From: a virus
Virus record (IMG/VR): IMGVR_UViG_3300047368_000327
Coordinates: 39,643 to 103,642 of that record
DNA length: 64,000 nucleotides
Strand: one strand, 5' to 3'
This document shows positions 18,190 to 28,735 of the stretch, piece after piece (position 1 is the first letter of the stretch; every line of letters starts with the position of its first letter). The notes beneath the pieces were generated by a model. The model worked only from the letters and a program-made list of their open reading frames with translations. It was not told where the DNA came from and did no database searches. Position numbers and translations under genes: made by a program.

Positions 18190-18979
18190 ATTTGTTATAT
18201 TCGGCCAAGAGAGAGCTGGAACAACCAGCTTAATTTCTGCGCTAAATAAAAACGATAGAATAGTTCACGAGCCACTATCTTCACTTACTGGGGATTTAGA
18301 GCACAATCCTAGATACGCTCAGATAATTAAAGACCACCAGATGGATCCAGATGGCTTACCTAAATCCAAAAACATTCCATACTTTAATAAATTCAACAAC
18401 ATAGCCGAAGATTATGAAAAACTGTGGAGCTTCCTGGACTCACTGTTTAGCGTCTTTGATGGCGTAAAACATGTATGGTGTACATCCTCCGAAGAAGGTA
18501 ACGAGAATTTTCTCTCTTATTGTCAAGCTCATGGAATAAAAGTAATCTTTCAATACCGAGAAAGCGCTTTTTACCCTGCTGTTTCATGGCAGCTCGCCAA
18601 CCAAGTTCAGGTTTGGCAGCTAGGAGAAAACAAAGAATATAAGTCCACAGTGGATTCTTTTGATTATCAAGAACTAGAAGAGCCTCCTATAAAAAGAAGA
18701 ACAGCTTGGTACAAAAAATACATACCTCACTACCACTCATTGCTTCCACCAAACAGTCTCATTTCCAAATACGAAGATTTATACGGATTAGAAACATACG
18801 AGGAAAGGTTAGAGAAATTCAACTGCATAGTAGACTACTTAAATATCGAGGTTGATAAAAATAATGTTGAGAATTTTTTAGGCACAGACAGAAGAGTATT
18901 CGGCAAAAAAGCATACGACAAGATACCCAACTATCAAGAAATGTTTGATAAATATGGAGATGAGAAGATTATATTGTGA
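18179..18979 (+). CDS. Sulfotransferase-like protein (Stf0/P-loop type)
   Basis: FVIFGQERAGTTSL, HEP, R....AVS and YEDL. Start moved to the ATG at 18179. Confidence 0.65.
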   Translation: MSSKFVIFGQERAGTTSLISALNKNDRIVHEPLSSLTGDLEHNPRYAQIIKDHQMDPDGLPKSKNIPYFNKFNNIAEDYEKLWSFLDSLFSVFDGVKHVWCTSSEEGNENFLSYCQAHGIKVIFQYRESAFYPAVSWQLANQVQVWQLGENKEYKSTVDSFDYQELEEPPIKRRTAWYKKYIPHYHSLLPPNSLISKYEDLYGLETYEERLEKFNCIVDYLNIEVDKNNVENFLGTDRRVFGKKAYDKIPNYQEMFDKYGDEKIIL

Positions 18980-19863
18980 ACCATGCCGTATTCACTCATT
19001 TATTCTTTCGCCCAAACCTCTTTCATTTTGAGGAATGGTTGAAGTATCATATTGATTTTGGCGTAGACCACTTTTACTTTTACGAAAGTTCTCATTCAGG
19101 AATACCTTGTCTACTAAAAGATACAAAAAGACAAATAGATATACCCTTAGTTGGTGATATTCCGTACAGTCGTATTTATAAATACTACGACGAAATCAGG
19201 GAAAGGTATAAAGACTATTGTACTTTCATCAAATGGTTGCCAAAGGATAAAAACGGCAATTACCTAGAGCACCATCAAATTAACGCCTACGAACAAGCTA
19301 CTGCGCTCAATCATTTTTATAAAAATTATGCTAAAAAACACGACAGGGTATCGACCATAGATTGCGATGAATTTTATTATAGTAGCAAATACGATAACAT
19401 TAAAAGCTTTCTAGATAAAAATAAACAAGATATTTTGTTATTAGGTTGTAAATTTTTTGAATCTGTATTTATTAATGTCGGCAGCTTAGTAACACAAAAA
19501 ACAAAGTGTCTGGATAAACCCTCAAGGGTTGGTCCTAAGTATATCTTTAATCCTCAAAACGCAAACTTAAGATACAAGAACTCGCCTCATTTCCCTCCCA
19601 CTAAAAACAAAACTAGTGTAAATATAGAACAAGAAGATCTTTGCTTCTATCATTATAAAGTCAACGAAAATGCAAAAATATCAATAGAGCATCACGGCAA
19701 ACAAAAAATGGAATACGCAGAAGACAAATCGATGGCAGAAAAGACCCAGCATTTACAAGATTATAATTTTGTAAGTAAACCACAAATACAACAAAGCTTT
19801 ATTGACTCAAATGAAGATATATTAGGATTAGATTCTTTTAAATGGGATGAAATACAACATTAA
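18976..19863 (+). CDS. Glycosyltransferase family 92/GT2-like
   Basis: EEWLKYHIDFGVDHFYFY, IDCDEF and HY. Confidence 0.75.
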   Translation: MNHAVFTHLFFRPNLFHFEEWLKYHIDFGVDHFYFYESSHSGIPCLLKDTKRQIDIPLVGDIPYSRIYKYYDEIRERYKDYCTFIKWLPKDKNGNYLEHHQINAYEQATALNHFYKNYAKKHDRVSTIDCDEFYYSSKYDNIKSFLDKNKQDILLLGCKFFESVFINVGSLVTQKTKCLDKPSRVGPKYIFNPQNANLRYKNSPHFPPTKNKTSVNIEQEDLCFYHYKVNENAKISIEHHGKQKMEYAEDKSMAEKTQHLQDYNFVSKPQIQQSFIDSNEDILGLDSFKWDEIQH

Positions 19864-20497
19864 AATACCGAAAGTCATTCATCAAATTTATATTGGCGAA
19901 AAACAAATCCCAGAGCAACAATCAATATGGCAAAAAACCTGGAAAGATTGTAATCCAGATTGGGAATTTATTTTTTGGGATGACGCAAAATTAAAAAATA
20001 TAGGCTTTATTAATAAAGACGCATTTAAATATTGCAAAAGCATAGCTTCAAAAGTTGATTTAATAAGGTATGAAATTATTTATAAATTTGGAGGCCTTTA
20101 TATTGATACAGACTTTGAATGTCTAAAAAGTATCGATTCATTTTTTCATGATAAAGATTTTATTGCATGCCGCCAAAACCCAAGTGGACCGACGGTTGCT
20201 AATGGTTTTATTGCCGCTACCCCTCAACACCGAATTATCGAAAAATTAATCAATGATACTCCAAAAAGATGCGTTACTCATAAATCAAAAGGTTGCGTAG
20301 AAAAGTTCGGGCCACGTTTTCTTACCGATGTTATAGATGAAATCTACGGCTCAGAATTTAAATATTCCAAAAATTTTGATCCAAAAAATATTTACCCTTA
20401 TATGTGGACAAAAAGACATAGCCTTAATGATGACTTTAAAAAGATTTACCCTGAATCATATGCGGTCCATCATTGGTCTAAAAGCTGGCAAAAATGA
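19847..20497 (+). CDS. Glycosyltransferase family 32 (OCH1-like, DxD)
   Basis: IPKVIHQI, D..RY..IYKFGGLYIDTDFEC, FGP and AVHHW..SW. Confidence 0.88.
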   Translation: MKYNIKIPKVIHQIYIGEKQIPEQQSIWQKTWKDCNPDWEFIFWDDAKLKNIGFINKDAFKYCKSIASKVDLIRYEIIYKFGGLYIDTDFECLKSIDSFFHDKDFIACRQNPSGPTVANGFIAATPQHRIIEKLINDTPKRCVTHKSKGCVEKFGPRFLTDVIDEIYGSEFKYSKNFDPKNIYPYMWTKRHSLNDDFKKIYPESYAVHHWSKSWQK

Positions 20498-21075
20498 TCG
20501 ATCATAAAAATAAGTTTATTTTTATTCATATTCCCAAAACTGGGGGATCGAGTATTGAATCTCTTTTTTACCCTAATATTATAACGAAAGCGGGCATATG
20601 CAAAGATATCGAAGACAAGCATTCCACATTAGAATCTCTTTTGAAAAATGGAGGGATCGAGTTGAGTGATTTTTTCTCTTTTTCTTTTGTTAGAAATCCA
20701 TGGGATAAAGTTTTGTCTCATTATTTATTTTTTATTAAAGGCGGCTTTGATCACAGTGGATCTTTCTTTAATTTTGTTGAATATTATTGCGCTACAGACC
20801 ATAAGGGATGGAAAAATAATGATTTTTTACCTCAGTTTGATTATTTATCCCTAGATGATAGTTTGGCTATTAATTTTATTGGAAAATTCGAAAATCTTCA
20901 AGAAGACTTCGATATCGTTTGTGACAAAATTGGAATTCCAAGAAAACAACTTCCGCACACAAACAAAACTAACCACAAACACTACACCGAATACTACGAT
21001 GATGAAACTCGAGAAATTGTTGCGCAAAAGTACGCTAAGGACATTGAGTATTTCGGTTATGAATTTGAACAATGA
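20494..21075 (+). CDS. Sulfotransferase (Sulfotransfer_2)
   Basis: HIPKTGGSS, VRNPWD...S, FIGKFENLQEDF and DIEYFGY. Confidence 0.9.
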   Translation: MIDHKNKFIFIHIPKTGGSSIESLFYPNIITKAGICKDIEDKHSTLESLLKNGGIELSDFFSFSFVRNPWDKVLSHYLFFIKGGFDHSGSFFNFVEYYCATDHKGWKNNDFLPQFDYLSLDDSLAINFIGKFENLQEDFDIVCDKIGIPRKQLPHTNKTNHKHYTEYYDDETREIVAQKYAKDIEYFGYEFEQ

Positions 21076-21935
21076 ATAATTATTATTACTTTTCTTGGGA
21101 TGCTGGTTGGGGCGACACCTTATGGCACTTAACCAATGCATTAATCCACTGCGAAAACTCGAATCAAGACATGCTTATAGATCTTCGCGGACACTGGTCT
21201 AGCAAGGGTGACAAAAATTTATTCAATGAATACTTTTCTTCCATAGATACTAATATAAACATTATAACTAATGAAGAATCTATAGATCAATTAAAAAAAG
21301 ATTCAGAAAAACACACAAATAAAACTGTAAAAATTAAAAACCCTTTAAAATCAAAAGAAGATACCGAGTTATTTTACAACACGTTTTCTCGCATTAAGCC
21401 CAGTGAATCAGTAGCTAACACTGCCAAAGATATAGTGCGCGAAAAATTCAAAGGCAACTACATGGTCGGAGTTCACGCCAGAATGTCCAATGGAGAAGTT
21501 AAGAGTCGATTTGAAGGGGCTCGCCCAATGAAAGACGCTGTATTGTTTTATAAAGAAAGGATTGACGACATACTCTTTAACGCTCCTCGCGCCTTCCTTA
21601 AATCCTGCAAAGATTATAAATTTTTTATAGCTTCTGACTCGAGAAAATTCGTAGACATATTCAAGGATCAGTTCCCAAACACCGTTTCAATAGACAGGTA
21701 TTTTGCCCCTCCGGGTTGCGGCACCGGCCACGAAATAGGCGAAGGCTCAACGGAGGAGCAGATAAAATTAGAAGAAGTTTACGGCAAGACAAAAATAGCC
21801 AAAGAAGCTCTTGTTGATTTTTACTTATTACAGGAGACTAATTTTCTATTCAAAAATTTTAGCAGATTTAATGAGTTTTGCCTATACAAGGGCATACCAA
21901 ATTTCCATATTAATTTTCAGGAGAAGTGTTATTAA
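21072..21935 (+). CDS. NodZ-like (GT23) fucosyltransferase
   Basis: GWGD.L..L...IDLR....NLF..YF, GVHARMSNG, FFIASDS and ALVDFYLL. Confidence 0.7.
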   Translation: MNNYYYFSWDAGWGDTLWHLTNALIHCENSNQDMLIDLRGHWSSKGDKNLFNEYFSSIDTNINIITNEESIDQLKKDSEKHTNKTVKIKNPLKSKEDTELFYNTFSRIKPSESVANTAKDIVREKFKGNYMVGVHARMSNGEVKSRFEGARPMKDAVLFYKERIDDILFNAPRAFLKSCKDYKFFIASDSRKFVDIFKDQFPNTVSIDRYFAPPGCGTGHEIGEGSTEEQIKLEEVYGKTKIAKEALVDFYLLQETNFLFKNFSRFNEFCLYKGIPNFHINFQEKCY

Positions 21936-22574
21936 ATGATTAGTCACAGGTATAAATGCATATTCCTTCATATCCCTAAAGCTGCTGGCACTTCAATTGA
22001 GAGGCTTTTATCTGGAGCCGACATAGATATATCTAAAAAAGTTCCAAGGAAACGTGGCTTTTCTCATTTTTTAAACGAGCACCTGGACTATTATGTCTTC
22101 TCTGTTGTTCGTAATCCATATAACCGTTTCGTATCTGCATGGAAGTGGGGCGAGTTAAAATTCGAAAAAGAAGGCGGCCTACCGTTCTATAATAAAGAAA
22201 GATCAGTATCATTCGAGGAATATATTTTACTAACTACTGATATCGATTATCGCAAAAACAATAAAAACCTATGGAGCGAATACGACGAATACCATACGTT
22301 GCCACAATTTGAATTTTTCCCTCATTTAAATGGTGGTCATTATTTCACAGACACAATAAAGCCTGAATTTACTTGTGATTTTATTGGTCGCTTTGAAAAC
22401 CTGCACGAAGACCTCAATAAAGTTTGGTCTAGTATTGGTATAAATCAGTTTGACTTACCTCATGCATATAATTCAAAAACGTTTAAAAAAGAAGCCATGT
22501 GGGCGAGCGAGCTAAAAGACAAAATATATAATTATTACAAAAAAGATTTTGAATTATTCAACTATGAACCTTAA
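21936..22574 (+). CDS. Sulfotransferase (Sulfotransfer_2)
   Basis: HIPKAAGTS, VRNPYNRFVS, FIGRFENL and DFELFNY. Confidence 0.9.
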   Translation: MISHRYKCIFLHIPKAAGTSIERLLSGADIDISKKVPRKRGFSHFLNEHLDYYVFSVVRNPYNRFVSAWKWGELKFEKEGGLPFYNKERSVSFEEYILLTTDIDYRKNNKNLWSEYDEYHTLPQFEFFPHLNGGHYFTDTIKPEFTCDFIGRFENLHEDLNKVWSSIGINQFDLPHAYNSKTFKKEAMWASELKDKIYNYYKKDFELFNYEP

Positions 22575-23310
22575 AATTATATCATTCTGCAATTATCCTT
22601 ATAGAGAAATAGCTTTAAATTGGGTCAAACACTTAGAAGCTTTATCTATAGATAATTATGAAGTTTTATGTCTTGATGCTGAATCTGATGAATACTTGAA
22701 ATCTCATGGTTGTCACTCAAGAGTTCTAGATGAATTTAATGATGATTGGATTTCTGGCTGCAAGCATACTATGCGCCGTACCTTGATATTTAAAAAGTAC
22801 CTAGAAGAAGGTTATGACATTATTCATTCAGATACTGATGCGCTTTGGCTCAAAAACCCTATACCTAATTTAATAGAGGCCAACAATCAAGACATCATAA
22901 TGTCAACCGTAAGACATAGTGGAGCATTCCCCCCTGAAGTTGCAGAAGCTTTTGGATTTACATGCTGCATGGGCTGGATATTCTTCAGAAGCAATCAGAG
23001 CACAATCAACTATCTAGATAAATTCCTTAACACTAGAGAGATCAAGGGCTCAGATCAGAAAAACTTTAATAAATTTCTACTATTTAATGGCCCGCACCTT
23101 AATCCGCACGAGTTTGGCGACGAGCTTACTATGGATAATACCGCAGATCAAGATTACAACTACCAAGAAATTTCCCTACTAGCGCTAAGTAAGCCGCTAG
23201 TTAAACGGGGCCCAATAGAAGACGAAACATACGTCTGGCATCCAAACACAAAAAAAGAGGCCGAGCATAAAAAACAATCATTCATAGACAGAAAAAAATG
23301 GCTACTTTAG
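22564..23310 (+). CDS. Nucleotide-diphospho-sugar transferase (GT77-like)
   Basis: NW..HL, LD, GYDIIHSDTDALWLKNP, CMG..F.RS and DQ..FN. Start moved to the second Met. Confidence 0.75.
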   Translation: MNLKIISFCNYPYREIALNWVKHLEALSIDNYEVLCLDAESDEYLKSHGCHSRVLDEFNDDWISGCKHTMRRTLIFKKYLEEGYDIIHSDTDALWLKNPIPNLIEANNQDIIMSTVRHSGAFPPEVAEAFGFTCCMGWIFFRSNQSTINYLDKFLNTREIKGSDQKNFNKFLLFNGPHLNPHEFGDELTMDNTADQDYNYQEISLLALSKPLVKRGPIEDETYVWHPNTKKEAEHKKQSFIDRKKWLL

Positions 23311-23984
23311 ACAAAAAATTAATAGCAGCATTAGTTTCTGTAAATTATTCTGATTTCCTAGAATTAGTTCTGCCGTTTAATACTAAAATATTTGACACTA
23401 TTTATGTTATTACAACCAAAGAAGATAAAAAATGCATAGATATATGCTCAAAATATAATAATGTTAATTGCTTCATTGTAGGCGAGACTGTTCTAAAAAA
23501 GAACGGTGCTTCATTCAATAGAGGGGCGGCTTATAATTTACTTTTTGATAAACTACAAAAAGACAACTATCGCGATTGGATTTGCCTCACGGACTCTGAT
23601 ATTATATTTCCACCCAATCTTAGAGGGCTTGTAAGTAAAGTTGGCTACGGCCCCATGTATTCCCTGCCTAGATCATTTTGCCAAAACGAAAATCAATTTA
23701 AAAGATACACCTCTGCTGTAGAGTCAGGAAAGCCCCACAGCCTGAGCGTTGATCGCCGCAGCCCTAAGGATGTTTTTGGTATTGGTTACATGCAACTTTT
23801 TCAGTTTGGCAAACAAATCAGGATGCCTGAAAATTTCAATGACGTTAGTAAAATTGACCACGTTTTTAGAAACAAACACTTTTGGAAAAATTGCAAACTT
23901 CTTTACGATGTTGAATATTGTGTTCACCTTGGCGCCACACACGTAAACTGGAGTGAAAGAAAAAGTAAAAAATGGAAAATTTAA
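23298..23984 (+). CDS. Putative GT-A glycosyltransferase
   Basis: VSVNYSDFL, FNRGAAYN, LTDSDI, GYMQLF and HLG..NW. Confidence 0.65.
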   Translation: MATLDKKLIAALVSVNYSDFLELVLPFNTKIFDTIYVITTKEDKKCIDICSKYNNVNCFIVGETVLKKNGASFNRGAAYNLLFDKLQKDNYRDWICLTDSDIIFPPNLRGLVSKVGYGPMYSLPRSFCQNENQFKRYTSAVESGKPHSLSVDRRSPKDVFGIGYMQLFQFGKQIRMPENFNDVSKIDHVFRNKHFWKNCKLLYDVEYCVHLGATHVNWSERKSKKWKI

Positions 23985-24442
23985 TATCACACCTTGAAGG
24001 GCCAAATAAACATATTATTAACTTAATAAAACTTGATGGCGGTGAAGTTGTTAATTCAACAAGCAAATGGTTAAGTGACCGCTGGTTTTTGCGCGAAACA
24101 AACTTTGCAAAACATTTGACATGTGTCGAAATTAGCCCATTCAAAAACACAAAAGACTCAAACGTATTCGTTGGCCAGAAGCATTTGGGGCATAAAGCTT
24201 ACAAATCCCTATCCGATTCACCAACATCTATTGACTTCTTATCAATACTCGACCCCGATATCGCACTTGAAGTTTTAGAGTCTATCGATCTCTCCAAGTA
24301 TACAATTAAACATTTCTGCATAGCCATAAACCCAGTTAAAACAAAAGACTTCAAACAAAACAAAAAAGAAATAGAATTATTCATGAAGGATAAAGCTAAA
24401 TTTATAAAACAAAACAGAACAGAACTTTTATATAGTGTATAA
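23972..24442 (+). CDS. Hypothetical protein, degenerate FkbM-like methyltransferase
   Basis: IDFLSI....LEVLESIDLSKY.I resembles the FkbM C-terminus but lacks the DxEG motif. Confidence 0.4.
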   Translation: MENLISHLEGPNKHIINLIKLDGGEVVNSTSKWLSDRWFLRETNFAKHLTCVEISPFKNTKDSNVFVGQKHLGHKAYKSLSDSPTSIDFLSILDPDIALEVLESIDLSKYTIKHFCIAINPVKTKDFKQNKKEIELFMKDKAKFIKQNRTELLYSV

Positions 24443-24448
24443 TATATC

Positions 24449-26191
24449 ATGGAACAAATAAAAATACAAACAGGAGCAAACCTTAGCCGCTTGCTTCAAT
24501 CAACAGTAAACATACCTCAGGCCTTCACAGAGCTCGTTAAAAACTCAATACAGAATTTCTCTACATCTTGCCGCATTGATTTCAACGATTCATGCGCAAC
24601 TATAATTGACGACGGCCAAGGTTTTGATCATGAAAAAGATGAAAACGGAATGAGCGGGTTTGAGAAATACTTTGTTTTTGGAAACTCTTATGACCTTACA
24701 GGGGGCAAAGGCGTAAAGCTTGGCCAAATGGGTATTGGCGGCAAATTAGCTAACGACAAACTATCCCATGAAGTCGATATTCATTGGACCATTGAGACAA
24801 AAAACAAACACGGAAAATGCTTTATTGTTGAATACAAGCCTTCTGGCGTCGAATTTTTGAACGATTATTCTCCTGAGCTTACTGAAATAAGCCCAGAAGA
24901 ATGCTCTATACTCACAGAGTCTGGAACAAAGATAACTATTGCAACCCTAAAAGACCATATACAAAAAGAGGGCTGGCCTTCTGGTCAAATTAAAAATGAG
25001 CTTTGCACTTTCTTTGGTTTTCTTTTGCCGCAGCTTGAAAAAGAAGGTAAGAAATTCGACCTAATCCTTAATGGGGAAAGTTTAGACTTTTCATACAAAC
25101 TTCCTGGCTCTAATATTCCTATTATTAGGCGCGAATTTGAATACGACTACTACGGAGAAAAGCGCACCAGTAATATCGAATTTAGATTATCATTAATTTA
25201 TAATCGCGGCTTAATTAAAAATCACCCACTTAAAAACATTGAAATAATATCAAAGGTTAAAATCTGTTCGTTTAGCCTATCAGATCAAGATTTAATAGAA
25301 TCAACTTTAGAGTGGCTAGAAAAGAAAAACAAAGAAGAAATAAAAGATAGAGATAAAATTTATAATATATTTAATAAATTAATTGGCTTTGTTTCTTGCG
25401 ATGATCTTTCTGAGGTTTTAGATAACACGGGAATGCCCGCCAAGGATTTATCTCACCATGGATTAAGGGGAGACCACCCAATAACAAACCCCTTCTATGA
25501 AAGAGTTTATAAAGTTCTGCTTGAGTGGATAGTTGAGTATATAAAACTAAACTCTGAAGAGAAAATGAACATCCTGGATGCCTTAGCTAATGAGGTTTCA
25601 AGCATGCTTGCTGAATATTTTGAAGACGAAGACTTTTCTGACTTATGGGATACTGAAGAAGAGGAGGAAGATGAAGAGCCTGAAGAGCTAACAGAAGAGG
25701 AAGAAAAAGAAGAAGAAGAAAGAAAAGAGTTGGAGAAATCTGCAGAGTACACTATTGATAAAGAATGGACTTTTGAACCAGAACCCGAAGAACCAGAACC
25801 CGAAGAACCAGAACCCGAAGAACCAGAACCCGAAGAACCAGAACCCGAAAATAATATACCGCCCCTCTGGAACAAGTACAAAAACCAAAAATTCAAACAA
25901 TCCAAGAGGCTAAGATATAGAATCATTGATTTTGGGGAAGAGCAAGAGAAGCTGATGTCAAAGGTTGACGATGTATCCGATTTTACTATACTAATCAACA
26001 ACGGCAATCCTAAATTCAAGCGATTCTACGAAGAAAATTCTCCATTCTTACTGTCTCTTCATATTTCCGAACTACTTATTAGGGAGATATCCATGTACAA
26101 GAACCCTTTGGCTAAACCTTCTGATTTAGACGAAGCAATTAGCGACTTCTATACTAATAAATACAGTCAAATAAAGAAGAAGAGCGAATAG
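24449..26191 (+). CDS. GHKL (Hsp90/MORC/MutL-like) ATPase with a long acidic Glu/Pro linker
   Basis: Bergerat motifs ELVKNS, DDGQGF, GQMGIGGK and GTKI; poly-Glu and (EPEPE)x5. Confidence 0.8.
   Translation: MEQIKIQTGANLSRLLQSTVNIPQAFTELVKNSIQNFSTSCRIDFNDSCATIIDDGQGFDHEKDENGMSGFEKYFVFGNSYDLTGGKGVKLGQMGIGGKLANDKLSHEVDIHWTIETKNKHGKCFIVEYKPSGVEFLNDYSPELTEISPEECSILTESGTKITIATLKDHIQKEGWPSGQIKNELCTFFGFLLPQLEKEGKKFDLILNGESLDFSYKLPGSNIPIIRREFEYDYYGEKRTSNIEFRLSLIYNRGLIKNHPLKNIEIISKVKICSFSLSDQDLIESTLEWLEKKNKEEIKDRDKIYNIFNKLIGFVSCDDLSEVLDNTGMPAKDLSHHGLRGDHPITNPFYERVYKVLLEWIVEYIKLNSEEKMNILDALANEVSSMLAEYFEDEDFSDLWDTEEEEEDEEPEELTEEEEKEEEERKELEKSAEYTIDKEWTFEPEPEEPEPEEPEPEEPEPEEPEPENNIPPLWNKYKNQKFKQSKRLRYRIIDFGEEQEKLMSKVDDVSDFTILINNGNPKFKRFYEENSPFLLSLHISELLIREISMYKNPLAKPSDLDEAISDFYTNKYSQIKKKSE
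25775..25849 (+). repeat. 15-bp coding tandem repeat x5 (EPEPE)
   Basis: GAACCAGAACCCGAA, five perfect copies. Confidence 0.95.
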
Positions 26192-26207
26192 TTAACGTAA
26201 AAACACT

Positions 26208-26972
26208 ATGAAGGTCATATACCTCATGGGAATATACGATCATTTCCCAAACTACTTCTTGCGTACCGTGCCTTCTGTATTGGGTTACGCAAAATCCATC
26301 AATGCACAAGTTATCTTTAAGCATTTGCCGGGACAGAAACTATTAGAAAAAAATCAGAAAAAACTTGAACATTTAAATATTAAATATGAACCACTGACTC
26401 ACAGAGATTATTGGGATACTTTTGTTGTCAAAAAAATATTACAAAGGTGTTGGTATAAGTTTTCAGTAATGCATGACTTCCATGAATCCCAATATGATAA
26501 AGCCTTAGTTCTGGACCTAGACATTTTAATTCACAAAAAATGCCCAAATATATTTAAAACAATCAAAAACAATTTTATTATATCACAATGCGATAAGCAC
26601 CTAATTAGGGCGTATACTGGCCCGATTATGGAAGTAGCTAAAGAACGAAAAGATGAAGTTATGATTTCGAAATTTAAAAAAGAGCCCTACCTATTTAACG
26701 GAGGCTTATGGGCTTGCGACAAAAAGTTTGTCAATAAGTTCATAAAATACATTATTCCACCCGACAGATCAATCAATTATTTGGCAGACCAAGGGCTTAT
26801 GACGTACAAGCTACTTGAATCAAATTTAAATTTTGAAATCTTACCTCCAATCATTCACGCTAACCCAAGTCTTGTAAACTTCTTGCCCATGTTTGCTCAT
26901 TTTACTTGCACAAGCAACAAGTCGGACATATCGCCATTCCTGGAAGCTAATCCTGATACTTACTTCCAATGA
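26208..26972 (+). CDS. Putative GT8-like glycosyltransferase
   Basis: YDKALVLDLDIL, FNGG, DQG and AHF. Confidence 0.7.
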   Translation: MKVIYLMGIYDHFPNYFLRTVPSVLGYAKSINAQVIFKHLPGQKLLEKNQKKLEHLNIKYEPLTHRDYWDTFVVKKILQRCWYKFSVMHDFHESQYDKALVLDLDILIHKKCPNIFKTIKNNFIISQCDKHLIRAYTGPIMEVAKERKDEVMISKFKKEPYLFNGGLWACDKKFVNKFIKYIIPPDRSINYLADQGLMTYKLLESNLNFEILPPIIHANPSLVNFLPMFAHFTCTSNKSDISPFLEANPDTYFQ

Positions 26973-27901
26973 GTTCTTTTGCTCCATACAGAGTAATAGG
27001 TGAACCTAATTTATTTGACCTAAACTTCGAGGAGGATAGGTTCAGGTTTGGCCGAGTAGTAATAGAAAAACGTAATGGTAAATTAATTAATCATTACTAC
27101 GACCACTCCCCATGGAAGTTCGACGCTGCAAACCTCAAGGCCACAAGCTTCATAAAACAAATAGAAAGAGTAGACAGCGGCTCCCCCTTGCCAGACTTTA
27201 AACCATTTAAAATATATTTTATCGATGTACCGCCTAAGGCTGAAATAATAAACCAATCAAAAGAGCCTATACTGTTTCAATCTTACATAGATAAGTCCGA
27301 GCCTCAATGCCCTAATAACTTAAAACGCCACCCTGAATTTACTTGCTGTCCGGATTTTACTTTTTGGGACTGGTGCGGAATGAAGTACGAAAAATATGCG
27401 CCCAAAATTATATCCAATGGAGAGATCGCCCCTGCATCTAAAAAAATGTTTTGGCGTGGAACAAAATACCAAAAGCTCAGAGGCCCCCTTGTGGATTTAT
27501 CTGGAAAGCATCCAGATTTAATTGACGCAAAGTTTTCCAATCCGAATAAAAACCATGAAAATTTCGTTTCCCTAGAGGATGCGGTATTGAATTATAGTTA
27601 TTTTATTGATTTGCAGGCGTCTGGATGGAGTCCTCGAGTAAAATACTTCTTGCAGTCCCGCAGGCTAACTTTTCTACAAGAAAGATTCCATAAAGCTTAC
27701 TACGAAGAATACCTCGTGCCGATGGAACACTACATCCCAATTAGAAAAGATCTATCAGACCTTGTCGATAAAATAAAATGGGCTAATAACCACCCCGAAG
27801 AAGTGAAAAATATCACAGAGAACGCCTTCAATTTTAGCGTGAAAAACTTATCAATTAATTCTGTTAACGAAAAATGGAGATCGATAATAAAGGGTTTGTA
27901 G
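26969..27901 (+). CDS. Glycosyltransferase family 90 (CAP10/POGLUT-like)
   Basis: PDF.F..W, FWRG, Y.YFIDL...GWS.R.KY and L.P.EHYIP...DLSDL..KI.WA..H. Confidence 0.85.
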   Translation: MSSFAPYRVIGEPNLFDLNFEEDRFRFGRVVIEKRNGKLINHYYDHSPWKFDAANLKATSFIKQIERVDSGSPLPDFKPFKIYFIDVPPKAEIINQSKEPILFQSYIDKSEPQCPNNLKRHPEFTCCPDFTFWDWCGMKYEKYAPKIISNGEIAPASKKMFWRGTKYQKLRGPLVDLSGKHPDLIDAKFSNPNKNHENFVSLEDAVLNYSYFIDLQASGWSPRVKYFLQSRRLTFLQERFHKAYYEEYLVPMEHYIPIRKDLSDLVDKIKWANNHPEEVKNITENAFNFSVKNLSINSVNEKWRSIIKGL

Positions 27902-28734
27902 TAGCTAGGCGCAATTGCGGTTTAGGTGACATCTTAGGTAACTTGGCACTCTGTTGGTATTTAGCCAAAGACCAAGAAAAAGATTTAATCATTGACTGGC
28001 AAAAGACCGTCTATCACCACCACACCTTTGGGGATAATTTATTTCCCCTGGTATTTAATAAATCAAATATCGATGGAGTACAAATTTTTGAGCCTCACGA
28101 CTTCCCGGGGGTTTACGAACAACAAATCAAACCTAAATACAAAAACAAATATTCAGGAATGATGCTTAAAGATTTTAAATTTAAAAATACTCCTTTTAAT
28201 AATAAAGATTACTTTGCTCATAGATTTTTTAGTAAACTAGAAATCAAACCAGAAATACAAAAAGATATAAATGAATTTTATCAAAAAAACTTATTAAATA
28301 AATATATCATTTCTGTTCATTTTAGGTTTGGGGATCATGGATCTCTAGCTAAACCCTCTACCAAAAAAGCTTTAAACCCATCAGGTAAAAATACTAAAAG
28401 ACAAATAGTAGAAAATGCAGTAAAATTATATTCAAAAAAAATAGATGAAATAAAAAAATTCCACAAAGATGCGGTGGTATTAATATTTACTGATTGTAAA
28501 TTATTTTCTAATATTTTATCTAACATGCATAATTGTATCGATACCACAAGCAAATACCCTGAAGATGGCCAAGCGTTTCATCTTTCTCAGTTTAAAAACG
28601 CTTACGAAAAGATAAGGGAGAGTGTATATTTAACTTGGTTAATGAAATCTCATTCTGACTTTTTGCTGTATAGCCACTCTAACTTTAATTACTTACCAAG
28701 ATTATTTATTAAAAACCAGATAAAGATGTTTTAA
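27874..28734 (+). CDS. NodZ-like (GT23) fucosyltransferase
   Basis: GLGD.L..L..C, LIIDW, NLF, SVHFRFGD, IFTD and SNF. Confidence 0.7.
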   Translation: MEIDNKGFVVARRNCGLGDILGNLALCWYLAKDQEKDLIIDWQKTVYHHHTFGDNLFPLVFNKSNIDGVQIFEPHDFPGVYEQQIKPKYKNKYSGMMLKDFKFKNTPFNNKDYFAHRFFSKLEIKPEIQKDINEFYQKNLLNKYIISVHFRFGDHGSLAKPSTKKALNPSGKNTKRQIVENAVKLYSKKIDEIKKFHKDAVVLIFTDCKLFSNILSNMHNCIDTTSKYPEDGQAFHLSQFKNAYEKIRESVYLTWLMKSHSDFLLYSHSNFNYLPRLFIKNQIKMF

Positions 28735-28735
28735 T

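Noticed and set aside
25507-26019. Minus-strand Ser/Gly-rich and FWFFG-repeat ORFs
   Set aside because: Antisense readings of the Glu/Pro repeat in the GHKL ATPase.
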